Source: a virus (Duplodnaviria; Caudoviricetes). Taken from it: 32,452 nucleotides of DNA. The stretch's first letter is position 1. Each line of letters begins with the position of its first letter. The notes under the pieces are model-generated. The model saw only the letters and a list, made by a program, of their open reading frames with translations. It made no database searches and had not been told where the DNA came from. This document shows positions 1 through 9,305 of the stretch, one piece after another. Location of the stretch: positions 1 to 32,452 of IMG/VR virus record IMGVR_UViG_3300037722_000588. One strand, 5' to 3'. The translations under genes were made by a program, and so were the position numbers.

Positions 1-2
1 GA

Positions 3-887
3 AGGGCTTTAGGGACGGGCATAGCTCAGCCCATAGAGCAAGGGCTTGATGCATTGGCCCAGAAAAAGATGGCTCAACTACAGCAACAAGGATCATTAGA
101 TGCCCTTAAACAGGCATTTAGACCTGAGGGACAAGGATTAGCTCAATTGGCATCACTTTTACCCCCAGAAAAAAGGGGTGATTTTCTTAAAGAATTTAAT
201 ATCGAAGAACTTTTGGCTTCACCTCAAATGCAAGATGCCCAGCAACAACCTTCTGGAGCATTACAATCATTGGCGCAAGGACAACCTGAAATGGAAGCAG
301 AAGAAAAGAGAGAGCCAGTTCAGGTGAAAAGACGTGAAAAAAGGGTTGAAGAAAGTCCTGCCAAGATGAAATTTTATGAGGACTTGCGCCATCAAGTTGG
401 AACGCTTGATGATACTATTGACACTATTGATCGAATGCTAAAGGAATTGGAAGGTGGAGATGTTAAATCTGGTATTGCTGCGGCTAAATTGGGTGGTGTT
501 GCGCCAAGTTGGCTTGGAGAATCATCAGAAAGTTTTCATAAAGATGCTGCCCACTTAGTTAACCTAGAAACCCAGCAACTTAAAGGAATACCATCAAGAT
601 TAAGAATTTCATATATTGCCCGCGAAAAGCCTGGATTAGAACATAGTTTGGCTGTAAATAAGAAGATTCTTCAACAAAAAAGAAAAGAGGCACTCGTCAA
701 GAAGAATCAAATTTTTAAGTCATATCCTCGCATGGAAGAGTTTGGCATGAGTGAACAAGGGGAAGGTGAAGATCTACTTGCCTCGATTCCTCAAGAGATA
801 CTTCAATCAGGTAAGCCATTTCGTAATAAGAAAACGGGAAAAACGTATCAGTATGTTAATGGTAAATTAGAGCTGTATGGAGGCTAA
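3..887 (+). CDS. Putative internal virion / DNA-ejection protein, 5'-truncated
   Basis: The frame is open from position 3 (RALGTGIAQPIEQGLDALAQKK...), so the TTG at 54 is probably not the start. Gln-rich helical protein with C-terminal GKPFRNKKTGKTYQYVNG; lies before the tail-fibre cluster. Confidence 0.5.
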   Translation, partial: RALGTGIAQPIEQGLDALAQKKMAQLQQQGSLDALKQAFRPEGQGLAQLASLLPPEKRGDFLKEFNIEELLASPQMQDAQQQPSGALQSLAQGQPEMEAEEKREPVQVKRREKRVEESPAKMKFYEDLRHQVGTLDDTIDTIDRMLKELEGGDVKSGIAAAKLGGVAPSWLGESSESFHKDAAHLVNLETQQLKGIPSRLRISYIAREKPGLEHSLAVNKKILQQKRKEALVKKNQIFKSYPRMEEFGMSEQGEGEDLLASIPQEILQSGKPFRNKKTGKTYQYVNGKLELYGG

Positions 888-888
888 A

Positions 889-2130
889 ATGAATGAATGG
901 GAAATAATAGAATCTCCATCAGATCAACAACAACCTCAAGAACAACAAATGCAACCAGCGGGAACCCTCCAGGGGCTGGCACAATCAGCTCTTGCGGGAA
1001 CATTAGGATTTCCTGGAAACATACTTGATATCAGCTCACGTGTAGGAAAAGCGATTGGACTACCAGAGGAAAAAGGAAAATATAAATTACCTACTTCTCC
1101 AGAAGTACTTCAAAAGATAGAAAGCATTACAGGAAGGCATTACGAGCCTGAAAATATTGTAACCAAAACGCTGGAGCGAACAGCTTCTAATATTCTACCC
1201 GCTTTGGCACTAGGCCCAGGATCTCCATTGGCTCGCGTTGCTCTAGACTTATCTATGAGCTTGGGATCAGAAATTGGTCATAAGTTGGGCCTCCCAGGAG
1301 CAGACTTACTAGGGGCTGTGGCAGGCGCAAAGCTATTCCACTCGCTCCCCGCGTTTAAGGGGGCCGAGACCTTAATACCACGAGCACAAGCACTACAGAA
1401 AGAGGCATTTACTACCGAAAAAGCCTTGGGATCAAAACTTCCTATCAAGAAATATAAATATAAATCACAGATGGAAGATCTTTTAAATAAAACAAAAAAG
1501 ATGTCCTTTAAAGACTCAGCACAAAAAGATTGGCTTAAAGATACCCTGCAGAATTTTGTTAATGATGCGGATGAGTTGCCTATGTATGCCTCAAAGCTTA
1601 CTGAGCGCCAACAGGAAATAAATGGCCTATGGGGGAATGTTCTTGGAGATAGAAATAAAAATGCAAAAAGAATATTGGGCAGCGCACACGACATTATTAT
1701 GAAGACAATAGATACCGTGGGTAAGCAACAACCAGAATGGCATCAATCGTGGAGGCAGGGACAAGAGCTTACAAAAGCGCTCGGAACGGCTAACTACTTC
1801 CAAGACTTGCTTAAAGACGTTCCTTATTTGGGAAAGAAAATAACATCAGGCCTTATTTATACACTTTTTGGTGGCGGAGCTGGGGCAGCGGCACTAAAAG
1901 GATTGCCTGTAGCGGGATTGGGACTAGCTGGAGTTGCAGTAGCTCCTCAAGCAGCAAAGACCTATGGTTTCCTTACGAGTGGTGAAACACCACGAAGGCT
2001 TTATTGGGAGGCAACTAAACAGCTGGCGGAAAGAAATTTCCCTGCAGCAGCCAAGACTATTTTAAAGCTCGATAAAGAAGCTAAGAAGTATGAGAAAGAT
2101 ATGGCTAATGATGAATGGGAGTTGATTTAG
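889..2130 (+). CDS. Putative DNA-ejection (pilot/injection) protein
   Basis: GGAGG at 880-884 favours ATG 889 over 877. Helical protein with Gly/Ala hydrophobic stretches (GGGAGAAALKGLPVAGLGLAGVAV), typical of podovirus ejection proteins. Function inferred from position. Confidence 0.5.
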   Translation: MNEWEIIESPSDQQQPQEQQMQPAGTLQGLAQSALAGTLGFPGNILDISSRVGKAIGLPEEKGKYKLPTSPEVLQKIESITGRHYEPENIVTKTLERTASNILPALALGPGSPLARVALDLSMSLGSEIGHKLGLPGADLLGAVAGAKLFHSLPAFKGAETLIPRAQALQKEAFTTEKALGSKLPIKKYKYKSQMEDLLNKTKKMSFKDSAQKDWLKDTLQNFVNDADELPMYASKLTERQQEINGLWGNVLGDRNKNAKRILGSAHDIIMKTIDTVGKQQPEWHQSWRQGQELTKALGTANYFQDLLKDVPYLGKKITSGLIYTLFGGGAGAAALKGLPVAGLGLAGVAVAPQAAKTYGFLTSGETPRRLYWEATKQLAERNFPAAAKTILKLDKEAKKYEKDMANDEWELI

Positions 2131-2234
2131 CGTTCCCGCCACCACTCTTCATCGTGCGAGTTTTTCACGATATCTATAAGAACACCCAGCGTAAAAAAGA
2201 AGGTGAAATAGGAAAAAATACTTAGGATATGCAT
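2127..2234 (-). CDS. 35-aa hydrophobic micropeptide (not in ORF track)
   Basis: MHILSIFSYFTFFFTLGVLIDIVKNSHDEEWWRER; AAGGA RBS 6 nt upstream; follows the HNH gene on the same strand. Confidence 0.5.
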   Translation of the reverse strand: MHILSIFSYFTFFFTLGVLIDIVKNSHDEEWWRER

Positions 2235-2250
2235 GCTTATTCCTTTGATG

Positions 2251-2817
2251 TTAAATGTGTTTCCAGGTTTTTCTAGCTTTAATTTTATTAAGATGGCGAT
2301 GACTTATTTTAAACATTTTAGCGAGTTTAGAACTACGATGTCCTTCTTTGGCCAGTTCTCTAATTCTTAAAACTTCCTCACCTTTTAATTTTGCCGTCCC
2401 ATTTTTTTCTCCGCGTGAAGGAGTATGCCTATGTCGCCCCTTTCTTTTAGAATCGGCCTGATTGTCTTTATTATTTCCTAAAAATAAATGGCGAGGGTTT
2501 GAGCAAATGGGATTATCACAATGGTGGCATACAAATAGGCCATCTGGTATTTCTCCTCTATGAATAATCCAAGAAGCTCTATGGGCACGAAAGCCCTTAT
2601 TTTTATAGCTTCCCATTCCGTAGCCAAAGCTATTTGTATGACCCTTCCATGACCAGCATCTATGATCGCCGTTCTTAATAACGTACATTTCATACTTTTC
2701 AGAAAGGCTTTTAATTTTATGTGCTCTATAACATCTCTGAGAGCAATATTTTCTACCCCTATATTCAGTATGGGAGAATTCTTTATTGCAATACAGGCAT
2801 ATCATCTTTAGTGGCAT
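2251..2817 (-). CDS. HNH homing-type endonuclease with N-terminal Zn finger and C-terminal HTH
   Basis: CLYC..CSQRC; CWSWKG..GYG..RAHRASW; VCHHCDNPICSNPRHLFLG (HNH_3-like); GEKNGTAKL...LAKMFKIS..KTWKHI tail. Confidence 0.9.
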   Translation of the reverse strand: MPLKMICLYCNKEFSHTEYRGRKYCSQRCYRAHKIKSLSEKYEMYVIKNGDHRCWSWKGHTNSFGYGMGSYKNKGFRAHRASWIIHRGEIPDGLFVCHHCDNPICSNPRHLFLGNNKDNQADSKRKGRHRHTPSRGEKNGTAKLKGEEVLRIRELAKEGHRSSKLAKMFKISHRHLNKIKARKTWKHI

Positions 2818-2968
2818 TATAAGTATCCTTTTTTAATCTATCGTGGATGGCGCGCGCCATCCAGCGATTAATACTAATGCCGAAATGAGCTGCTATTTTT
2901 TTTATTTCTCTATGAAGCTCTGGCGCAACATCAAAGGCCATCTGTTTTCGCTTGGTTTCTTCTTTCAT
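2783..2968 (-). CDS. Ribbon-helix-helix (Arc/HicB-like) DNA-binding protein
   Basis: KQMAFDVAPELHREIKKIAAHFGISINRWMARAI fits the RHH strand-helix-helix pattern; GAGGTG RBS upstream. Confidence 0.7.
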   Translation of the reverse strand: MKEETKRKQMAFDVAPELHREIKKIAAHFGISINRWMARAIHDRLKKDTYNATKDDMPVLQ

Positions 2969-2984
2969 TATTCACCTCGCTAAG

Positions 2985-3014
2985 ATGTTAACAAAATAGC
3001 GAATCATCTGTCAA
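2985..3014 (-). promoter_or_regulatory. Sigma70-like leftward promoter for the RHH-HNH cassette
   Basis: Minus strand TTGACA (3014-3009), 18-nt spacer, TG-n-TAACAT (2990-2985). Confidence 0.55.
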
Positions 3015-3092
3015 GTTATAGACTCATTTTGTATTTTGGCCATACGATGAGGCTGTATGATATTTTACATCCATTAAATTAAAGGGAGAGAT

Positions 3093-5045
3093 ATGGCAAC
3101 AAAGAAGATTAGGCAAAATGTTCTATATGGATATCCAAATCCACAAGCAAAGCAATCACAGCCTCCAATTATTATGCAGCGTGCTCCGCTCACAAATGAT
3201 GAGGCTGATTTGGGCGCAATTTGGGTCGATACTAGCGCCCAGAACTACTATGTTTTATGTGATGACACCGCAGGAACGTATACTTGGGCTCAAATTACAG
3301 GCGGTGCTACTACCCTCACATCGCTTACCGTTAATCCTGGAAACGCTACAATTACTGCAGGAGATTTAATTGTTTCTGCGGGCGATATTACCGCAACTTC
3401 AGGAACCACATCGCTCGGTGTGCTAACTGTAGGTGGTGCTACCACTCTTAACTCAACACTGGCAGTAACAGGTGCGGCAACCTTTAATGGGTTAGTAACC
3501 ACCAATGGCGATCTTGTGGTGAATGGGGACTTTGATATTAGTTCATCAGATGCTTTAAGTTTTTCTACTACCTCAAACACAGCGCCTGCCATCTCGTTTA
3601 CGAGTAACGGTGGAACGACAGAAACTATAACACTGACCAATACCCAGGGCACAAATGCCGCAGCCATCGCACTTACTTCATCTGCTGGTGGCGTAACACT
3701 AACATCTAATCTAGCTACTGCTGATGGTATAAATTTGAATGCGATCGGTGGGGGTGTAGATATAGATGCGGCGCTTGCTATAGCGGTTGACTCGGCGGCT
3801 GCGATCAGCTTAGATGCAGCAGCAGCAAGTAACTTCTCAGTAAGTGGTGCTGGTATCGACCTCACCTTGGCTTCAGCAGCAGGTCGTGTTGTAGTAAATG
3901 GCGAAGAAGCGGCCGACGATGCTGTCAGGCTCCTCAGTGCGGCTGGTGGCTTGGACGCAGATTTTGCGTTATCTGCCGTTATAACCTCTTCTGAAGCAAC
4001 AGCAGACGCCGTGGTCATCGAAGCGTCTAATGGTGCTGGTGGCTTACAATTGAAGGCGGGAAGCGCAGGTATCCTTGTTGGTAATGAAGCTGATACAGCG
4101 ATAATTGATATCGGTGATGTTGTGCCTACATCAGCACGTACTATCACAGTGGGTGGTGGAGCGGTTGCTACAGCCATTGCTGATACTATAGACATAGCCC
4201 CTGATGGCGCTACAACTGATGCTGGTGCAAGCAAAGTACTTAACTTGAACACGGGTGCTCTTGATACCGCAACTCTCACCACCAATATCGCTTCAGGTAA
4301 TGTTGCATCAGGTACTCATGCAGTAAATGTATCAAGTGGAACAGGAACCAAGACTATTAATGTGGGTAACGCTGATGGCTTAACGACCATTAATATAGAC
4401 GCTATCACCCTCATCAATGACTCAATAAACGTAAATACTTCTATCAACACGGGTACTTCAACAGGTGTAGTCGCTATAGGTAATAGTGCTGCGGGTGCGG
4501 TTTCCGTGGACTCAGCAGCAGGTATATCGCTTGATGCGGCTACGGCTAGTAATTTTACCGTTACAGGTGCTTCTGCCGACCTGACCTTGTCATCAAGCGG
4601 TGGTTCGGTGAATATCACAGCAACAGAAGCAGCCGCAGACAGTATTGTCTTCAATGCAAGTAATGCGGCTGGTGGCATAGACCTCTTAACTGGCGGAGGC
4701 GCTATAGATCTTAGTTCGGCTGGCTTTGTAACTGCAGTTGATGGTACTGATACCCAAGCAAGTCCGACAGCTACCGCTACGGTAAGCACCAATATTGGTA
4801 CAGCAACATTCACAGGCTTTACTACGGCCGCAGGTGTAGCGCAAGAGTTTATAATTACCAATACTCTGGCAACTACAACATCTGCATTACTAGTAACGGC
4901 GGCCAACGAAGGTGCAAACGATGCCCAGATGACGGTTACCCGTGTTGAACGTGCGGCTGGCTCATTTACCGTGACATTAACCAATAATGGTGCGGCAGCC
5001 TTAAACGGAAATGTAAGTATCTGCTTCTGGATATATAATGCGTAA
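3093..5045 (+). CDS. Long Ala/Gly/Thr-rich tail fibre / beta-solenoid adhesin
   Basis: 650 aa of beta-repeat-like sequence; internal duplication VDSAAxISLDAAxASNFxVxG at 3786 and 4506; N-terminal RAPLTND..LGAIWVD motif; GGGAG RBS. Confidence 0.7.
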   Translation: MATKKIRQNVLYGYPNPQAKQSQPPIIMQRAPLTNDEADLGAIWVDTSAQNYYVLCDDTAGTYTWAQITGGATTLTSLTVNPGNATITAGDLIVSAGDITATSGTTSLGVLTVGGATTLNSTLAVTGAATFNGLVTTNGDLVVNGDFDISSSDALSFSTTSNTAPAISFTSNGGTTETITLTNTQGTNAAAIALTSSAGGVTLTSNLATADGINLNAIGGGVDIDAALAIAVDSAAAISLDAAAASNFSVSGAGIDLTLASAAGRVVVNGEEAADDAVRLLSAAGGLDADFALSAVITSSEATADAVVIEASNGAGGLQLKAGSAGILVGNEADTAIIDIGDVVPTSARTITVGGGAVATAIADTIDIAPDGATTDAGASKVLNLNTGALDTATLTTNIASGNVASGTHAVNVSSGTGTKTINVGNADGLTTINIDAITLINDSINVNTSINTGTSTGVVAIGNSAAGAVSVDSAAGISLDAATASNFTVTGASADLTLSSSGGSVNITATEAAADSIVFNASNAAGGIDLLTGGGAIDLSSAGFVTAVDGTDTQASPTATATVSTNIGTATFTGFTTAAGVAQEFIITNTLATTTSALLVTAANEGANDAQMTVTRVERAAGSFTVTLTNNGAAALNGNVSICFWIYNA

Positions 5046-5077
5046 GTAACAATATTGATAAAACTAGGGAGATCCTC

Positions 5078-5644
5078 ATGAAGATAAAGATGTTATTAGC
5101 TCTGCAGCTTTCTTTGTGGGGATCTCTCCTCGCTAACCCTCCTATTACTAACAAAGTGGTGCTCTATCTACAGGAGTTACAGGAGCTTTTTAGCATCGTG
5201 GTAAGTACCATCCCCAAATCTCCTCCTCATGTGGTAGCAGTAGAACAAATAAAGCGTCTTCTTACTGAAGCTATTCACAAGGATAACATCACTGAGAATG
5301 CCAACTTATACGCTTTAGCAGCATTGGTGTTTGATGATCCTGTCTACCGAGGACGAGCTATCTCTCTTGAAAAAAGAGATCATAGGAACCGCCTTAATAC
5401 GGTGGAGCTTATACGACGACGTGGTAAGATACGGGACAACGGAGAGCGGGAGATAGATATACTGCAGGATAGGATAGAGGCGGAGGAAATGTTTTCCATT
5501 AACCCTCAATTGACTGATGAAGAGCGTTCCCACCATATGCTCGTTCTAAAAAACCTCAAAAAGACTTTGCGTTTTATGGAAGGACAGTTGATAGTAAATG
5601 GAGCATTAAAAGAAGCGTTGGAAAAACATCAAAACACTAAATAA
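5078..5644 (+). CDS. Hypothetical protein with predicted signal peptide
   Basis: MKIKMLLALQLSLWGSLLA N-terminus, then a charged helical domain; GGGAG RBS. Confidence 0.6.
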   Translation: MKIKMLLALQLSLWGSLLANPPITNKVVLYLQELQELFSIVVSTIPKSPPHVVAVEQIKRLLTEAIHKDNITENANLYALAALVFDDPVYRGRAISLEKRDHRNRLNTVELIRRRGKIRDNGEREIDILQDRIEAEEMFSINPQLTDEERSHHMLVLKNLKKTLRFMEGQLIVNGALKEALEKHQNTK

Positions 5645-5654
5645 AAGGAACCTG

Positions 5655-5918
5655 ATGGAAATTAAAAACTATATCGTTTTTGAAGTGAAAAAAGATGACG
5701 CTGTCTTTAGCTTTCATATGCCTATGGGAAGCACTTGGGGTAAAGCCCTTGATGCCAACTTTGAAGTGATGGATCACATACAAAAATTTATCGACGATGC
5801 TATTCAAAAATCAAAACCCCAGAAAGAGAAATGCGCTGATAAATGTGCAGAAACGGGAGCTGAACCAGTACGGCTGAACATTTCAAATCCTAAAGGAGTT
5901 GAGGATGGCGTCAAATAG
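5655..5918 (+). CDS. Hypothetical protein
   Basis: 87-aa ORF, AAGGA RBS, co-oriented in the operon. Confidence 0.65.
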   Translation: MEIKNYIVFEVKKDDAVFSFHMPMGSTWGKALDANFEVMDHIQKFIDDAIQKSKPQKEKCADKCAETGAEPVRLNISNPKGVEDGVK

Positions 5919-6231
5919 TGTAAAAGCCCTTGAATTAAGCACGTTTGATGCAGCAGCACTCACGAGTTCATATCAATCAATGAACGCACCTGGGCTAGCC
6001 GAAGCGTGCTTTATGATACGTATTGTAAATAATAGTAATGTAGCAATAACCGTCAGCTATGATGGGATAACTGATAATGAATATGTTGCCCCTACGAGTC
6101 CAGCAAAACTAGGATTCCAGCAAAATGCGCAGCCTGCTGCGTACGTTGCTCTTCTTCCCAAGTTTACCCAAGTATACGTTAAGGGGACGGCAGGCACGGG
6201 AACTATTGCGTTATCAGGGTACTATGTCTAG
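5905..6231 (+). CDS. Small beta-rich virion protein (paralogue of 6240-6587)
   Basis: AAGGAG upstream of ATG 5905; IVNNSNVAITVSYDGITD motif shared with the next gene. Confidence 0.6.
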   Translation: MASNSVKALELSTFDAAALTSSYQSMNAPGLAEACFMIRIVNNSNVAITVSYDGITDNEYVAPTSPAKLGFQQNAQPAAYVALLPKFTQVYVKGTAGTGTIALSGYYV

Positions 6232-6239
6232 GGAGAGTA

Positions 6240-6587
6240 ATGGCAGTAATAAGTTCGCTTCGTGCGACGTTTGAAGATTTACGTTCATTGGCCTTTGGGG
6301 GTATTTCGGGAACCTATGCGGCGGTGGGAACGCCGTTCGATAATCCTGTCCGCATGCTCGATATCACCAATCTTACTGATGCAAATCTCTTGGTGTCATT
6401 TGATGGCGTCTCGGACAAAATAGTTTTGGGGGCACAAAGTGGGAAGATATTTGACTTCTCCTCTAATAAATCAAACCAGGCAGGATTAATGGAACTCCCA
6501 CCTAAGCGTGTATATGTAAAGCAAGAAAGCGGCGCTGCTAGTAGTGGAACATTCTATGTGTCCGCTGTCTATGCATCTGACGTATAG
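6240..6587 (+). CDS. Small beta-rich virion protein (paralogue of 5905-6231)
   Basis: ITNLTDANLLVSFDGVSD and VYVK..G motifs shared with the previous gene; GGGAG RBS. Confidence 0.6.
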   Translation: MAVISSLRATFEDLRSLAFGGISGTYAAVGTPFDNPVRMLDITNLTDANLLVSFDGVSDKIVLGAQSGKIFDFSSNKSNQAGLMELPPKRVYVKQESGAASSGTFYVSAVYASDV

Positions 6588-6596
6588 GAGTTACTC

Positions 6597-7844
6597 ATGT
6601 CTCAAATAACCTTCTTTGGCGGTGGTGGCGGTGGAACGGTAACGAGTGTTAGTGGTGGTTCAAATATAAATATAACAGGGACTTCTACCGATCCCGTTGT
6701 TAATCTCGATAATACGGTATCTATTTCTGGATCCCTAACGGCGGGAACTGGTCTTACGGCTACCACGGGTGGCGTAACTGCCACGGGCAACTCTACCCTT
6801 AATGGTGGTGTGGTTAATATAGGCACTGATAATGCCGCTAATGCTATAAACATTGGTACTGGTTCAATCGCACGAGTTATCACTATAGGATTTTCTGCCG
6901 CAGCACACCAAGTGAAAATCGGTGTGGCCAATGGTGCAGCTTCTACTAATATCCAATCAGGAACTGGAGGTGCGATCCTTAACTCTATAGGGGGAACCGC
7001 AGCTGTTTCTGGCTCTACAGGAGCATCTCTTAGTTCAGCAGGAGGCGCTGTAACCATTAATGGCAACACGGGCATCCTTGCTGTTGGTATTGCAGGTAAT
7101 GTTCCTGCTAATAAAAATATGGTTACGATCGATACCACTACGGGAGAGCTTGGATCTGAAGCAGTTCCGTCAGGGGGAAGTGGCTTTACGTCTGTTGTTA
7201 TTCAAACTTTTACCTCTAATGACACCTACACCCCAACATCTGGTATGGACTATTGCATAGTAGAGTTAGTTGGGGGCGGTGGAGGCGGTGGTGGAAGTTC
7301 GACTACTGCTGCTAGTGAAGTTTCTATGGGTGGAGGAGGTGGAGGCGGTGGCTACTCTCGTGAAGTGGTGAGTGCTGCCACTATAGGAGCCTCTCAGGCT
7401 GTTACTGTTGGTGCGGGAGGTACGGCTGGCACTACAGGAGGTGGTACTGGTGGCACAGGGGGAACCTCTTCTCTTGGCGCACTTTTATCAGCAACAGGAG
7501 GTGTCGGTGGCGCTGGATCAGGTACTGGCGGAGGTATTTTTGCCACAGGTGGCGGAGCTGGTGGCACTGGCTCAGGAGGAGATATTAACGCAAATGGAAG
7601 CCCTGGCGCTCCAGCCTTCGCATCTGGAACTGGCCTAGGAGGATATTCTGGTACTGGCGGCTCCTCATATTTTGGAGGAGGTGGAGCGGCGACTGGAAAT
7701 TTTATAGGGAATTCTCAGGCTGGTACGGCAGGTTCAGCATATGGAGGAGGCGGAAGTGGGGCCTTTTCTCTTAATGGAGGAACCCAGCAGACTGGTGGAG
7801 CTGGTACTGTGGGACTTGTTATAGTTACAGAATTTATTTCCTAA
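6597..7844 (+). CDS. Glycine-rich tail fibre protein
   Basis: GTVTSVSGG N-terminus; C-terminal Gly-rich domain TFTS..YTP..CIVELVGGGGGGGG...GLVIVTEF, typical of phage fibres. Confidence 0.75.
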   Translation: MSQITFFGGGGGGTVTSVSGGSNINITGTSTDPVVNLDNTVSISGSLTAGTGLTATTGGVTATGNSTLNGGVVNIGTDNAANAINIGTGSIARVITIGFSAAAHQVKIGVANGAASTNIQSGTGGAILNSIGGTAAVSGSTGASLSSAGGAVTINGNTGILAVGIAGNVPANKNMVTIDTTTGELGSEAVPSGGSGFTSVVIQTFTSNDTYTPTSGMDYCIVELVGGGGGGGGSSTTAASEVSMGGGGGGGGYSREVVSAATIGASQAVTVGAGGTAGTTGGGTGGTGGTSSLGALLSATGGVGGAGSGTGGGIFATGGGAGGTGSGGDINANGSPGAPAFASGTGLGGYSGTGGSSYFGGGGAATGNFIGNSQAGTAGSAYGGGGSGAFSLNGGTQQTGGAGTVGLVIVTEFIS

Positions 7845-7853
7845 GGAGAGATA

Positions 7854-8570
7854 ATGAGCAATAGATTAGGTGGAAAACAAGGAACCGCATACCGTGGAAC
7901 GAATGCTATTCAGCCACCAAACTGGCGTTTTGAAAAGCGTGATCCTACCCCATTTGATATTTATGACGTTGTTGAGGGAGACCTTTGGCTGAATCAAGTC
8001 AGTGAAGAAGCCTTTCTGCTACTGTCGCTCAAGAATGACGGCGTAAGCGGCATCAAGGGAGCTATGGCAACGTGGGTGATGCTGACAGGGTCTGCGGGAG
8101 CGCTACTTACCCTTACGGGCAATAGTGGTGGCGTAGTCTCATCGGATATTAATGGCAATATTGATGTAGTAGGGGATGGCATCACAGTTGATGTTGTTGG
8201 TGATCCTGCAAATAATAGGCTTACTATTAGCTCTATAGTGGGAATGCCTTGGACTGACGTGATCCTTACCTCGCAACAAATGGCCGTCAATAATGGCTAC
8301 AGTGCTAATAATGGGGCCCTTGTAACCCTGACACTTCCAGTAACAGCAGCCTTTGGAGATCGGGTAGCAGTCGTGGGCAATGGTGTCGGCGGTTGGTCTA
8401 TAGCTCAAAATGCTGGCCAGACGATTCACTTCAATTCGGGTGATACAACACCAGGAGTGGGAGGATCTCTATCATCTACAGTCAGATATAACGCTGTGGA
8501 GCTTCTATGCACCGTGGCCAACACTGACTGGGTCGTGAGAAATGCTTCTGGCAATCTAACTATCGTTTAG
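7854..8570 (+). CDS. Tail fibre / tail-associated protein
   Basis: RDPTPFD..EGDLWLN N-terminal motif; TLTGNSGG spacer; C-terminal NNGY..TLTLP..GD.V.V.G..GGW.IAQNAGQTI domain. Confidence 0.7.
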   Translation: MSNRLGGKQGTAYRGTNAIQPPNWRFEKRDPTPFDIYDVVEGDLWLNQVSEEAFLLLSLKNDGVSGIKGAMATWVMLTGSAGALLTLTGNSGGVVSSDINGNIDVVGDGITVDVVGDPANNRLTISSIVGMPWTDVILTSQQMAVNNGYSANNGALVTLTLPVTAAFGDRVAVVGNGVGGWSIAQNAGQTIHFNSGDTTPGVGGSLSSTVRYNAVELLCTVANTDWVVRNASGNLTIV

Positions 8571-8577
8571 GAGAGAT

Positions 8578-9297
8578 GTGGCTACAAAAAATGATATCGA
8601 CACTGGCTATCCTATCGAAATAGAGGCTGGAGGAACTCTCAAGCAAAGTTTTGATTCGTATGGAGTTATATGCGCTGGCACAACGACCACAGGAGCGTTA
8701 CAGTCTGTCCCTGCTGCCGCCTCAGGACTTGTTCTTATGAGTCAGGGGCCATCTGCTCTTCCTACATGGGGGAGCACTTCTGGTATGGCAGGAGCGCTTG
8801 TGCTCCTTGATTCTCAAACAGCCAGTGCTTCTTCTGAACTAGAATTCATAACAGGAATAACTTCTACCTATAACGTTTATTACCTCATTTTTGACAAGAT
8901 TGTAGTGGGTACAGGTGGAGATTCTCTCTACCTTACGGTATCAACAGACGGCGGGAGTACGTACGTATCAACAGGGTATTTTTCTGGTATTAATACGATA
9001 GATCACGGCTCAACAACTACCGTCAATACGAATGTAAGCAATGGTGCTCAGTGGCAATTGTCACCCGCACTATCTACATCGGGTTTTTGTTCTGCTCTGT
9101 GGGTTACTAATGTAACTAGTGGTAGTACGGTGGGTATATTTGGCGATGCTACGTTATGGAATAATAGTGGCAACCTTAGAATAGGCTCCATTATGGGATA
9201 CAACAGTGGAGCGCTTACGGTTGATGCGCTAAAGATCGTGGCGAGTACGGGGAATATAGCCAGTGGAACGGTGTACCTTTATGGATTAACTCAATAG
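8578..9297 (+). CDS. Tail fibre / receptor-binding paralogue 1 (239 aa)
   Basis: GTG start with GGAGA RBS; YPIEIEAGGT, GTTTTG.LQ, LVLLDSQ, STDGGSTY and SGTVYLYG motifs shared with the next two genes. Confidence 0.7.
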   Translation: MATKNDIDTGYPIEIEAGGTLKQSFDSYGVICAGTTTTGALQSVPAAASGLVLMSQGPSALPTWGSTSGMAGALVLLDSQTASASSELEFITGITSTYNVYYLIFDKIVVGTGGDSLYLTVSTDGGSTYVSTGYFSGINTIDHGSTTTVNTNVSNGAQWQLSPALSTSGFCSALWVTNVTSGSTVGIFGDATLWNNSGNLRIGSIMGYNSGALTVDALKIVASTGNIASGTVYLYGLTQ

Positions 9298-9305
9298 GAG
9301 AATGA

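Noticed and set aside
3290-4984. Long antisense ORFs 3290-4285 and 4316-4984 (also 6602-7138, 7994-8290, 14427-14717)
   Set aside because: Shadows of Ala/Gly/Thr-rich sense genes whose codon usage lacks antisense stops; no RBS or recognisable motifs.
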